From the IMG/VR virus record IMGVR_UViG_3300044621_001247, positions 1 through 60,520 of that record: a stretch of 60,520 nt of DNA, one strand, 5' to 3'. The notes beneath the pieces are model-generated. The model ran no database searches. It worked only from the letters and a program-made list of their open reading frames with translations, and was not told the origin of the DNA. Positions 1 through 8,898 of the stretch are shown here, one piece after another; the first letter of the stretch is position 1; each line of letters starts with the position of its first letter. Made by a program: the position numbers and the translations under genes. Origin of the DNA: a virus. Its lineage: Duplodnaviria > Caudoviricetes.

Positions 1-2009
1 GGTGCTGTCGGAATGACGAGTATGGTGTCCTTCCTGGGTTCGATGACCGTGTCGAAGACCTGGCTCTCAAGCACCGTCTGCGACTGAGAGAGGTCGTTGG
101 AGACGGACGATTCCGGGATGAAGATGATGTCTGCCGCATTGTCGTCCTGGGCGAACAGGCTGTATGCTGCCATGAGTTCTGAAAGGGTAGCCGCGCTGTT
201 TCCAGCCGAGTCTCCGAACTTCAACTGAGTGTCGTATGACCCTACCCGCGTGTAGGTGATGCCGTCAGCACCGACCTTCTGCGAGGTGATGTCTCCGAAG
301 ACCGTGCTTGCAAGCGATGTGCTGTTGCCCAATCCGCCCTGATACGGAAGAACCTTCGTCATGTAGACGAACTGCGAGTTGGTGTTGATGTAGTCCTTGT
401 AGAAGATGGACTCTCCGTCCAGGTTCTTGGCATCGGATGCCTTGGAGAGGAGTTCAAACCGCTCAAGGATGGAACCCTTAGTACCGAACTTTCCACCCGC
501 ATCGACAACTGCGATGCTGATCTCGTCGTTCGATCCTCCCTGCGACAGGGCATAGGACGAAGTGGCAGGGATGCTTCCGAACAACTTGGACGAGGAGAAC
601 GGCTCTCCGCTGGATGTAGTCGTGGAAGATGAGTCGCTGCGAACGCCAAACTGCACGATTCCGAACTTGAGGTTGTTCCTGACCCCCGTGATGCCACCCG
701 TGACATCGAAGGTGATTCCGACCGTCTCGATGTTGGACGAGTCCTGGTCAATCCTGCGCTTGTAGGATCTGCCTCCGGTGATACCGATCAACTGCGCCCA
801 ACCCTTGACGGTTCCCGATGGAGCAGAACCGATGAGTTCCTCTCCCGCCCGCGACCAGTTGATCACATAGTTCTCGAAGTTGCTTGTCTGGACCGACTGA
901 GGACTAGATGGCTCCACGAACAGCGGCTGGAAGTTGGAGGGAAGACCGCTTTCCGACACGACCTCTACGCGGCTGATGGTGAATGCCGTGTTGCCTGGAT
1001 CGGGAGATCCCGTGCGGAACCTGGTTCCCATGTTGGAGTAGTCTCCGTTCAGGAACAGGATGTCTACGAAGTTGCTGTTAGTGGTATTCAAGCGGCAGAA
1101 GATGTTGCCAGGAATACCGTAGTGGTAGAATGGATTGAACCTGTGGTCTCCGTCGCCAGGAGCGAACCTTTCGGCTGCGTAGTAGTTGGCTGCGTTGCCA
1201 TCGGGATTCGACCCAGTTCCCGTCAAGGTGAAGTTTTGAGCCGTGGTTCCACGGGCATACAAGATGTTGAACTTGTTGATGTCCTGATTGACGGTCGAGA
1301 TGAACTCGGTCGCTGCGACCTTGGGCTGAACCGTGACTGTGAACCAAGGAATGCTCTCGAACGAGACACCAGCCGAGGACTGCTGCGCACCGCTTCCGCG
1401 ATCCGAGAAGCCCGTGTATGTCACTCCGTAGTTTCCGCTAGATACTCCCGTGATGGCTCCTGCATAACCACCAAGTAGGGTGAAATCGCTGTATGCGGGG
1501 GTGGAAACGCTGTCGGATGTTCCTCCGTCGAAGAGGACGACTCTGAGCGAGTTTCCGAATGTGCCAGGATACCTTGCCTTGAAGTATGCCTTCGTCTCGA
1601 TCCCGTCTCCTGCCGAGAATCCACCAAGAGTCCTGAACTGGTCGATGTTGCGGATGGTCCGCTGATCAACGCTGCCGATCCATGTCACGCCCGCATCGTC
1701 CGATGTGGCATTGACCTCTCCAGCCTTGATGGCACGGATGACCTTCAGAGGCGAGGAGTAGCGGAGGAAGTTTGCCGCAGCGTTGAAGTCCTGGTTTCCA
1801 TCGACGGCGGATGCATCGCTTGTCGGCTTTCCGAAGATGGTCGCAAGGTTGCTTTCCGTGCTGATGTTGGTGGCAACCAGACCTGGTCCCCAGTTGAAGA
1901 TTCCGACCATGCCGCCAACATTGAGTCCCTCGGGGACGATGAACTGCGAGAGGTCGATCTCTGAAACATTTACTCCAGGACTGAGTTGCGTTGGAATGGG
2001 ATTAGCCAT
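1..2009 (-). CDS. gp18: Second tail sheath protein (gp18-like paralogue), truncated by the left window edge
   Basis: Not in the ORF track because it runs off the edge. ATG at 2009 reads MANPIPTQLSPGVNVSEIDLSQFIVPEGLNVGGMVGIFNWGP, later with AKYPGTFGNSL and DEISIAVVD motifs. It mirrors the adjacent sheath gene. SD AAGGAG upstream. Confidence 0.88.
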   Translation of the reverse strand, partial: MANPIPTQLSPGVNVSEIDLSQFIVPEGLNVGGMVGIFNWGPGLVATNISTESNLATIFGKPTSDASAVDGNQDFNAAANFLRYSSPLKVIRAIKAGEVNATSDDAGVTWIGSVDQRTIRNIDQFRTLGGFSAGDGIETKAYFKARYPGTFGNSLRVVLFDGGTSDSVSTPAYSDFTLLGGYAGAITGVSSGNYGVTYTGFSDRGSGAQQSSAGVSFESIPWFTVTVQPKVAATEFISTVNQDINKFNILYARGTTAQNFTLTGTGSNPDGNAANYYAAERFAPGDGDHRFNPFYHYGIPGNIFCRLNTTNSNFVDILFLNGDYSNMGTRFRTGSPDPGNTAFTISRVEVVSESGLPSNFQPLFVEPSSPQSVQTSNFENYVINWSRAGEELIGSAPSGTVKGWAQLIGITGGRSYKRRIDQDSSNIETVGITFDVTGGITGVRNNLKFGIVQFGVRSDSSSTTTSSGEPFSSSKLFGSIPATSSYALSQGGSNDEISIAVVDAGGKFGTKGSILERFELLSKASDAKNLDGESIFYKDYINTNSQFVYMTKVLPYQGGLGNSTSLASTVFGDITSQKVGADGITYTRVGSYDTQLKFGDSAGNSAATLSELMAAYSLFAQDDNAADIIFIPESSVSNDLSQSQTVLESQVFDTVIEPRKDTILVIPTA

Positions 2010-2018
2010 TTTCTCTCC

Positions 2019-3929
2019 TTAGATGATCTCGGTGAAGGTGCTGTCTGTCCTGGTCGCGATGAAGTTCAACTGGATGAAGTTGATGCTTCGGTTGGGCTTG
2101 ATGAAGATGTCTGCGACGAACTGGTTGTTGTCGATGACCTGACCTGTGTTGTTGGTCTCGTCGCACACGACCTTGAAGTCGGTGATGCCGCGCTGCGCCT
2201 GTATGCTCCTGAGGTAGGGGATGACCAGGTTGCGGAACTGAGACCTAGTGAACTCGTCGTTGAACTCGAAGAGGCTGAACTTCGCTGCGGTGGAGATAGC
2301 CCTCTCCACCGTGATGAAGAGCCTACGGACATTGATTCGGTCGAACGCGGACGGCTTCTTGAGAAGGGTCTTGTCTCCGTAGAGAAGGGTTCCCTCTCCG
2401 CTGAATGTAGCCACGGGATTGACACCCGCCGAGTAGAGGATGTCACGCGCAGCCTGATCGGGGTTGAACGCCAGTTTCACGACATTCTTCAGCGATCCAC
2501 GGTTCGGTCCCGCTGGGGAGAACCAAGGCTGAGACGTGAACTCGCTCCTTGCGGCAAGACCAGCCGTGTCGGAGTTCAGAGGGATGTATCGGAACAAGTC
2601 GTTGTACTTGTCGTAGACATACTTCCATCCGCTGTCCATGAAGACATAGGACGAGTTGATGTTGTAGGCATTGCGGGTCGCCACGACATTGTTCGTGGCT
2701 GTGATCTGAGACTTGTTGAGGACATCGCTGAGTTTTGGCGAGATGAAGACAACGCAGTCCTTGCGGGCATCAGCCATGTCCCTGAGCAACTTGACGATGG
2801 TCTCAGCCTGTGAGTCGCCGCCAGCGCGTCCTGCCACGATGAGCGACACATCGATGTTCTCGCGGTCAGCCAACTTGGAGTAGCCGTTGGTGTAGATCCT
2901 GCTGCTGGCATTTGTTCCTGCGGTAGCACCACCGAGGCTGTAGCGGATGACCTTGGCGAATCCACCTGAGACATCGCTGAACGAAGTGCCTAGAGGCTGC
3001 TCTGAGGCTGCTCCCCAGATGCTCTTGATGTTTCCACCCCAGATGTATGTCGAGTCGTTGTTGATCGTGCTCGTCACATAGTTTGGCTGGTTGTTGTTGT
3101 CCTTGCTGTCGAAAGCCTTGGACACCGACTGATATGTCTCGAGAACGGAGTTCTTGGTTCCCGTGAAAAGACCGTCCTCGTCGATGACCGCGATATTCAG
3201 TTCGTCGTTCGCTCCACCGGCATTGGTTGCCTGTGTGCTGGTGTCTGCGGCAAGCGAGAAGAGATCCGCATACTTGCTGCGGTATGTGATGACGGTTCCG
3301 TTGGGAATGGTGCTTGCCACCGTGCTCTTGAGGGTGGCAGTCAGACCAGTGGCAGCGTCGATGAGGAAGACCTGCGAGAAGTTCTGCGTCTGGAATATGA
3401 GTTTGTCGTTCTCCTCGACCGTTCCGCCGATTGCCGTGGTGAAGGTGATGGTGTTCGTTCCAGACGAGGCGGTGGCTCCGAGAGTCAGGCTAGCCTGTCC
3501 GTCTCCGTCCAGAACCACGACCTTGAGGGAGTTTCCGATGACACCTGGGCAGCGGGCATAGAAGGGAAGGGTCAAGCCCGATCCAGCAGCGAAGAAATCA
3601 TCGTCGTTGAGGTAGATCTGACCAGTCGCTCCGCTGGAGTTTGCCGTTGTCTCGTCGCTTCCGACGACGCGGACGATCTTGAGGTTTCTCCCATATTGGA
3701 GGAAGTTAGCCGCAGAATGGAAGTCGATGCCGTCATCCGTGCGAGTAGGCTTTCCGAAAACCCTTACGAGATCGTCTTCGGAAGTGACGGTGACGACCTT
3801 TTCGGCTGGTCCCCACTGAAACACGCCAGCAAAGCCACCTGTGGTGGTCGAGAGGTTTGGAACCACCGTGGTGAGGTCGATTTCCGAAAAGTTCACACCA
3901 GGACTAAGTTGTACGGGCAGTCTGCTCAT
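2019..3929 (-). CDS. gp18: Tail sheath protein
   Basis: SPGVNFSEIDLT, FQWGP, PWFSPAG, GDKT and FDRINVRRLF motifs of T4-like gp18. Confidence 0.96.
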   Translation of the reverse strand: MSRLPVQLSPGVNFSEIDLTTVVPNLSTTTGGFAGVFQWGPAEKVVTVTSEDDLVRVFGKPTRTDDGIDFHSAANFLQYGRNLKIVRVVGSDETTANSSGATGQIYLNDDDFFAAGSGLTLPFYARCPGVIGNSLKVVVLDGDGQASLTLGATASSGTNTITFTTAIGGTVEENDKLIFQTQNFSQVFLIDAATGLTATLKSTVASTIPNGTVITYRSKYADLFSLAADTSTQATNAGGANDELNIAVIDEDGLFTGTKNSVLETYQSVSKAFDSKDNNNQPNYVTSTINNDSTYIWGGNIKSIWGAASEQPLGTSFSDVSGGFAKVIRYSLGGATAGTNASSRIYTNGYSKLADRENIDVSLIVAGRAGGDSQAETIVKLLRDMADARKDCVVFISPKLSDVLNKSQITATNNVVATRNAYNINSSYVFMDSGWKYVYDKYNDLFRYIPLNSDTAGLAARSEFTSQPWFSPAGPNRGSLKNVVKLAFNPDQAARDILYSAGVNPVATFSGEGTLLYGDKTLLKKPSAFDRINVRRLFITVERAISTAAKFSLFEFNDEFTRSQFRNLVIPYLRSIQAQRGITDFKVVCDETNNTGQVIDNNQFVADIFIKPNRSINFIQLNFIATRTDSTFTEII

Positions 3930-3956
3930 TTGTTTCTCCCAATGAATCTACTCTCG

Positions 3957-3963
3957 TATGTAT
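3957..3963 (-). promoter_or_regulatory. Candidate T4-type late promoter (ATACATA)
   Basis: TAnATA variant of T4 TATAAATA, about 30 nt upstream of gp18. Confidence 0.45.
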
Positions 3964-3979
3964 CATTTTGAGTATTTGC

Positions 3980-5674
3980 TCAGTACCACCCACCCGCGCC
4001 ATGATTCATGCGGTCTTCCCAGAACTTCTCCGCGTTTTCCTTGTGCCAGACCGCACCGTCCTCGAATGCCGTGGTGGAAATCTCGTCATCCACCCCGTCC
4101 TCGACGAACCCAAACGGAAGCATCTCCTCCTCTATCTTCTCTATCTGCTCCTTGTAGATGTCCTTCTTGATGTCCATGTTGGTGACATCCTTGAAGTAGG
4201 GCTGAGTGGACATCCACCCGAAGAGAACCAGTGTCATCACAAGGTCGTCGTTGTAGCCAGCCTCAGCCTCGAACGAGTTTCTCTTGGACACATAAGAGTA
4301 GAGTTCCTTGATTGTGTCGAAGTCCTCCACGATCAGGCTGTTTCCCTCCAGCAGGGTCTTGAGGACGGAGCATCCAAGACGCTTGACCACCTCGGATGTA
4401 CGGACTCCGAACTGCTTGGTTCCTACTCCGAACCCGCCGTCCATGACCTGACCCTTCCTTCCCCTGTGGGTGCATTTCAGGAGGTTCTCGTATTCCAGTT
4501 CCGAGTGGATGGCATCAGCCACCTGTCCTCCCATGTCGTTTATCTCGACCAGCACATGCGCATTGTTGTACTGCCTTGCTGCCATGTGGATGACATTCGG
4601 GAAGATCAGGGGGGATATCTTGTTGTTGCGGAAGGTGGCAACCACCTTGTAGGGTGTGCTGGTGATGTCGAACACGCTGAAGGCAGAGTAGTCCTGCTCC
4701 GTTCCATGCGAGACATCCACCGCCATGGCATAGATGTGCTTTGGTTCAGCCTTCTCGTACACCTTGAACCCCTCTCCGTTCTCGAATACGGGGTTCTTGT
4801 ACGCCAGCGTCTTCAACTTGGCTGGCGATATGAGGGTGTGGATGGAGCCTAGGAACTCGCAGTTGTGCTCGGTGTTGAACTGCTCAAGAGAGGTGTTGGC
4901 AATCGTCTCTTCCATCCACTTCTCGTCGCGACCAGGAACATCAGACCAGTGGACTTCTATCGGGATGTATGTGTTCCTCTTGTTCGTGGCATCCGTCCAC
5001 ATCTTGTAGAACATGTTCATGCCGTGGGGAGTGGACACCACGATCATCTTGGTGTCCTTGCCGGACGAAATGGTCGGATAGACCGAGGAGAAGAACTCTT
5101 CAGCCACATTGTCGGGGACATAGGCAAACTCGTCCAGTAGGATGGCATTCAGGGACATACCACGGACAGCCGATGACGAGGTCGCTGAAGCGATGACGCG
5201 AGACCCGTTCTCAAGTTGGATCGACCCCTTGTTCCACTCCGTGATTCCCTGCTGAAGCCACCTTGGAAGATACTCGTATGCCAGTTTCAGCCTGGCAAGA
5301 AGTTCCCTTGCCGTGCTCATCTTGTTGGCAAGGATAGCCACATTCATGCTCTGGTTGAACAGGATGTAGTGCAGGAGATAGGCAGTCACCGTGGTTGACT
5401 TGCCAGCCTGTCGCGGCAACTTGGCAATGACGAACCTGTTCTCGTGGATCGTCCGCACTATCTCTTCCTGGTAGTCGTAGAGGTCGAAGGGAACGAGACC
5501 CTTGTCTAGCGACACAATCTTGATGTATTTCTGCACGAAGTAGATGGGATCCCTGGCACATCGTGCGTATTCCGCCACCTGCTCCTGAGTCCAGTTTATC
5601 TTGACCCCAGGAGCCTTGAGGTTCTGGTTTCCCATGTACCAGCCTTCTGTCTTTGCTTCAGGCATCTTCGCCAT
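3980..5674 (-). CDS. gp17: Terminase large subunit
   Basis: PRQAGKST Walker A, LLDEFA Walker B, VSTPHG motif and C-terminal DDLVM nuclease motif. Confidence 0.97.
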   Translation of the reverse strand: MAKMPEAKTEGWYMGNQNLKAPGVKINWTQEQVAEYARCARDPIYFVQKYIKIVSLDKGLVPFDLYDYQEEIVRTIHENRFVIAKLPRQAGKSTTVTAYLLHYILFNQSMNVAILANKMSTARELLARLKLAYEYLPRWLQQGITEWNKGSIQLENGSRVIASATSSSAVRGMSLNAILLDEFAYVPDNVAEEFFSSVYPTISSGKDTKMIVVSTPHGMNMFYKMWTDATNKRNTYIPIEVHWSDVPGRDEKWMEETIANTSLEQFNTEHNCEFLGSIHTLISPAKLKTLAYKNPVFENGEGFKVYEKAEPKHIYAMAVDVSHGTEQDYSAFSVFDITSTPYKVVATFRNNKISPLIFPNVIHMAARQYNNAHVLVEINDMGGQVADAIHSELEYENLLKCTHRGRKGQVMDGGFGVGTKQFGVRTSEVVKRLGCSVLKTLLEGNSLIVEDFDTIKELYSYVSKRNSFEAEAGYNDDLVMTLVLFGWMSTQPYFKDVTNMDIKKDIYKEQIEKIEEEMLPFGFVEDGVDDEISTTAFEDGAVWHKENAEKFWEDRMNHGAGGWY

Positions 5675-6146
5675 CCTTCACTTCCGATTGGTCTATGATC
5701 TGCCGCGCTTCGTCCATGGCTTTGGAGAAACTGCGCTTTGGGTTTATGAGTTCCTGAAGATCCTTCGTGGAACCAAGGAACAAGGCATTGTTTATGTTCG
5801 TCTCGCCCTTGCTTTGGTACTTTTCCTGCTTGATGGTCTTCATGCGCTGATGCAGTTCGACCAAGTCCTTGTTGGTCTCCGCTACTGCCTTTATCATCTG
5901 CGCGACCACTTCGTAAGCCCGTGGTTCCTCGACCTCGGTTGCCACCTTCAAGGCTCCGTCCACAGCCATGAACCCAAGGCTGATGAGTTCCCGAAGGTTC
6001 TCCCTTGCCTTCTGGAAGTCCTTGTCTGCCTCGTCCATGTCCGTCTTGACGGCAAGCGGCTGACCATCCTTCCTTGCCAAAGGGGCTTCATCTGGCTGTA
6101 TGTTGAGTATCTCCGAGAGGCTGTCGTCCATCTTTCCCATGCTCAT
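5658..6146 (-). CDS. gp16: Terminase small subunit
   Basis: PRAYEV and NNALFLGSTKDLQ motifs; directly upstream of gp17. Confidence 0.92.
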   Translation of the reverse strand: MSMGKMDDSLSEILNIQPDEAPLARKDGQPLAVKTDMDEADKDFQKARENLRELISLGFMAVDGALKVATEVEEPRAYEVVAQMIKAVAETNKDLVELHQRMKTIKQEKYQSKGETNINNALFLGSTKDLQELINPKRSFSKAMDEARQIIDQSEVKDGEDA

Positions 6147-6155
6147 CGCCTTTCA

Positions 6156-6323
6156 TCATGTGTTGCCCACCAGGTACACCCTGATTATCTCCTTGTAAGA
6201 GAAACCCGTAGCCCCGTCGAATGTAGCCCCATCGGAGAATGTCACCCCGAGGAAGTTAGTCTGCGTTATCCCCACCGTGTAGTTGGTCAGGAAGCCGTCA
6301 AGAGTCTTTTCGTTGATCGTCAT
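6156..6323 (-). CDS. 55-aa hypothetical protein rich in G-x-T motifs
   Basis: MTINEKTLDGFLTNYTVGITQTNFLGVTFSDGATFDGATGFSYKEIIRVYLVGNT*; ATGA overlap with the gp15 stop; fills the gap before gp16. Confidence 0.65.
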   Translation of the reverse strand: MTINEKTLDGFLTNYTVGITQTNFLGVTFSDGATFDGATGFSYKEIIRVYLVGNT

Positions 6324-6979
6324 GGTTCGCTCATCAGTTCTTGGAATGTGAGGCGAACCTCGCGGATGATTCCCGAAGTCCTGATTCTGCCGAAGACGAA
6401 TGACTTGGCTGTGAAACTGAGGGTGTGGGTGACCATCCTGCGGGTCATCAGGTCTCCCTCATATTCCTCCGTGGCATTCACCGAGTTCAATATGATCGGC
6501 ACATCGATCTTCTTGTCCAGTTCCGTGAAGTTCATCGTGATGGTGAAGTCGGGGGTGAAGTTGGGCAGTATCTGCTCGACTATCTGATGACCGTCCTCGA
6601 TGTTCCTAGTCATGATGTTCAGGGTGAACTGGATGTTGTAGGGAACCTGATGGTAGGTGTTGGACAGCGTCTGATCCAGTTCGTCCTTCGGGGAAGTGGT
6701 CTTGTTGAGGGTGTTCAGTTTCCTTCCGCCGTCATACTGCATTCCCGTTATCTCGAAGCCGATCCTAGGAAGGATGTTCTCTACCGTGTCCCTGTCGCCA
6801 GCCTCGTCAAGTTCGATGACCCTTCTGTAGAACTTCTCCTTGGGACCATACGAGATGGGAACCTTGATCCTCTTCTTGCTGCTGTCGGGATACTCATGCT
6901 CCACGAACACCTCGTCGAAGAGGGATCCGAATGCGACCACCAGTTTCCGTATGCTACCGTTGTAGAAGTAGTCGAACAC
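6320..6979 (-). CDS. gp15: Tail sheath stabiliser / tail completion protein
   Basis: YFYNGSIRKLVVAFGSLF, VPISYGPKEK, LPRIGFE and QIVEQILPNF motifs; gene order 13-14-15-16-17-18. Confidence 0.93.
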   Translation of the reverse strand: MFDYFYNGSIRKLVVAFGSLFDEVFVEHEYPDSSKKRIKVPISYGPKEKFYRRVIELDEAGDRDTVENILPRIGFEITGMQYDGGRKLNTLNKTTSPKDELDQTLSNTYHQVPYNIQFTLNIMTRNIEDGHQIVEQILPNFTPDFTITMNFTELDKKIDVPIILNSVNATEEYEGDLMTRRMVTHTLSFTAKSFVFGRIRTSGIIREVRLTFQELMSEP

Positions 6980-6982
6980 GGA

Positions 6983-7834
6983 TCACCACCTTCCCTCTCC
7001 GAACGGGTCTTTGTCCGTGAAGTCGATTATGTCCTTCGCGGCTCTCTCCCTTTCTATGGCATGGCTGTCGTCTGCGTTGGTGTCCAGGTACTTTTCGTCC
7101 GTGGACGCAAGGGCTGTGTATGTGGTCTGCACTCCCGACTTCCCCCCCTTCAGCGGAAGAAGGATGTCGGGTGTCCCCACCTCGTCGCTGACCTTGAGCG
7201 TCTTCTCCTGCTGCTTGTAGTCGATGACGGTCGCCTTGTATGTGCTGCTGGAGAATGCAGCACCCTGATAGATGGTCTCGCCTTCCTGGAAGGTGACTCC
7301 TGCTGACAGCGTGAACGACCTGATCGGCTTCACCAGGTTGGTCTCTATGGCATCCACTTCCACGATCTCCGTGTCCAGTTTCTCCGCGTTGTAGCGGAAC
7401 CTCTCGCAGTAGAGTTCATATGCAAAGAACGAGTTCCTGTTGTTGACATACTTGATCTCAAACAGACCCCCGTAGTCGGGAAAGTAGACCAGGTCTCCTT
7501 CCTGAGGGATGGTGTCCGTCCCGTACTTCGCGCTTTCCTCGGTGAACCTGCTCTTTGCCACCATGAGGTTCAATGAGTCCTGCAAGTTGATTCCGAACTT
7601 GTCTATCACCCTGCCTAGAGACTCGTAGAACTCGTAGTTGCTGACGAACATCTCTATCTGAAAACTCTTCTCGAACTTGGATATGGTGTCCTCTCCGAAG
7701 AGAGCGTCCAAGTTCTGAAACTTCCTGAAGATGTAGTGGACATCGAAGCCGAAGATCTGTATCTGCTCCTTGACCAGTTGCTCCAGAAGGTTTGAGTCCC
7801 TGAACGAGACCTTGAAGTAGGGGTTTCTTGCCAT
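6983..7834 (-). CDS. gp14: Neck (head completion) protein
   Basis: NPYF start, LFGED, PQEGDLVYFP and C-terminal IIDFTDKDPFGE. Confidence 0.92.
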   Translation of the reverse strand: MARNPYFKVSFRDSNLLEQLVKEQIQIFGFDVHYIFRKFQNLDALFGEDTISKFEKSFQIEMFVSNYEFYESLGRVIDKFGINLQDSLNLMVAKSRFTEESAKYGTDTIPQEGDLVYFPDYGGLFEIKYVNNRNSFFAYELYCERFRYNAEKLDTEIVEVDAIETNLVKPIRSFTLSAGVTFQEGETIYQGAAFSSSTYKATVIDYKQQEKTLKVSDEVGTPDILLPLKGGKSGVQTTYTALASTDEKYLDTNADDSHAIERERAAKDIIDFTDKDPFGEGRW

Positions 7835-8605
7835 TTAGCCCACCATGAAATCCACGGGCAGTTCGTACTTGGATTGAACCGTGTCCTCTATCTTGTTGAT
7901 CTCGTCCACGGCTTCGCTGTAGATGAGAGCGGCATCGAACTTCATCCCGCCAGGCAAGGGGATGTCCTTGAACTTGATGAGGTTCGATGCCCACTGCCGC
8001 TTGATGAGTGCGGTAACATACTTCTTGAGGAGGCGGTCGTTGTATATCTCTGGGAATGTGTCGGCATTCAGGGCAACATACGACTCTACGAGTATCTTGT
8101 CTCCCACATCGAATGTCTTCGTCCAGTCGGTTCCCAACTTGATGCGGTTGGTCACTCGGCTGAACTCTACCTGCTTCTCGGGATTGAGGAACAACTGAAG
8201 CATGTTGAGATACTGCTTCGTGCTGTCGTAGTAGTTCAGGTTGGACGATCCAGTGAGGAAGCCGTTGAAGTAGTCGTTGAGCATCAACTGATACTGAACG
8301 CTGAACATCCCGCTCTGCACAGCCTGATCGACCACGAAGACCTTCTGTATGCTCACTATCTCCGCTCCAGTCGAACCCGTGGGGATGCTGGCTGTGGAGA
8401 TGTACTTGTTGTCGATGTCCTGCTGAGTTATGGTGTAGGGAAGGTATGCCTTCTCTATTCCGTCGAAGTGGTACTGAGAGAAGAACTGCAAGGCATCGTC
8501 TATGCGATCCTCGACCTGAGCGTCATCCACGTTGATTTCGATGACGGGAAACCCTAGCCTTCTGAGGGCATAGTCCTTGAGTTGTTCCCTTGATCCGATG
8601 GACAT
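7835..8605 (-). CDS. gp13: Neck protein
   Basis: LKDYALRRLGFPVIEINVDDAQVEDRIDDALQ and LKKYVTALIKRQW motifs. Confidence 0.95.
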   Translation of the reverse strand: MSIGSREQLKDYALRRLGFPVIEINVDDAQVEDRIDDALQFFSQYHFDGIEKAYLPYTITQQDIDNKYISTASIPTGSTGAEIVSIQKVFVVDQAVQSGMFSVQYQLMLNDYFNGFLTGSSNLNYYDSTKQYLNMLQLFLNPEKQVEFSRVTNRIKLGTDWTKTFDVGDKILVESYVALNADTFPEIYNDRLLKKYVTALIKRQWASNLIKFKDIPLPGGMKFDAALIYSEAVDEINKIEDTVQSKYELPVDFMVG

Positions 8606-8898
8606 GGTTGCCTCCTTTCATTCCGAAGATTCTCAAAGTATCTAGCGTCGTTCTCTCTTTGGCTCCTGCACATCCTCAGTTCAGCGAGGCGATGCGCCAA
8701 ATCATCGATGCCAGAGCAAGGAACTGGTAGACCCCTCTGCACATGTCCATCGGAGATGTAGTGGCGGCTGGTGTCGTAATAGTGAACCAGTTCTCCGGCA
8801 TGGGGATAGTGAGGATTCACCATCAGTATGTCTGTAATGTGAAACTGCTCTCCTTGGAAGAAAACAACATCGCCGGATCTGTTGAACACCACGCTCAT
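8554..8898 (-). CDS. Hypothetical protein
   Basis: ATGA-coupled to the upstream gene; 3' end overlaps the gp13 start. Confidence 0.6.
   Translation of the reverse strand: MSVVFNRSGDVVFFQGEQFHITDILMVNPHYPHAGELVHYYDTSRHYISDGHVQRGLPVPCSGIDDLAHRLAELRMCRSQRENDARYFENLRNERRQPCPSDQGNNSRTMPSEG
8639..8645 (-). promoter_or_regulatory. Candidate late promoter (CTAGATA)
   Basis: TAnATA motif about 35 nt upstream of gp13, followed by SD AAAGGAGG. Confidence 0.45.
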
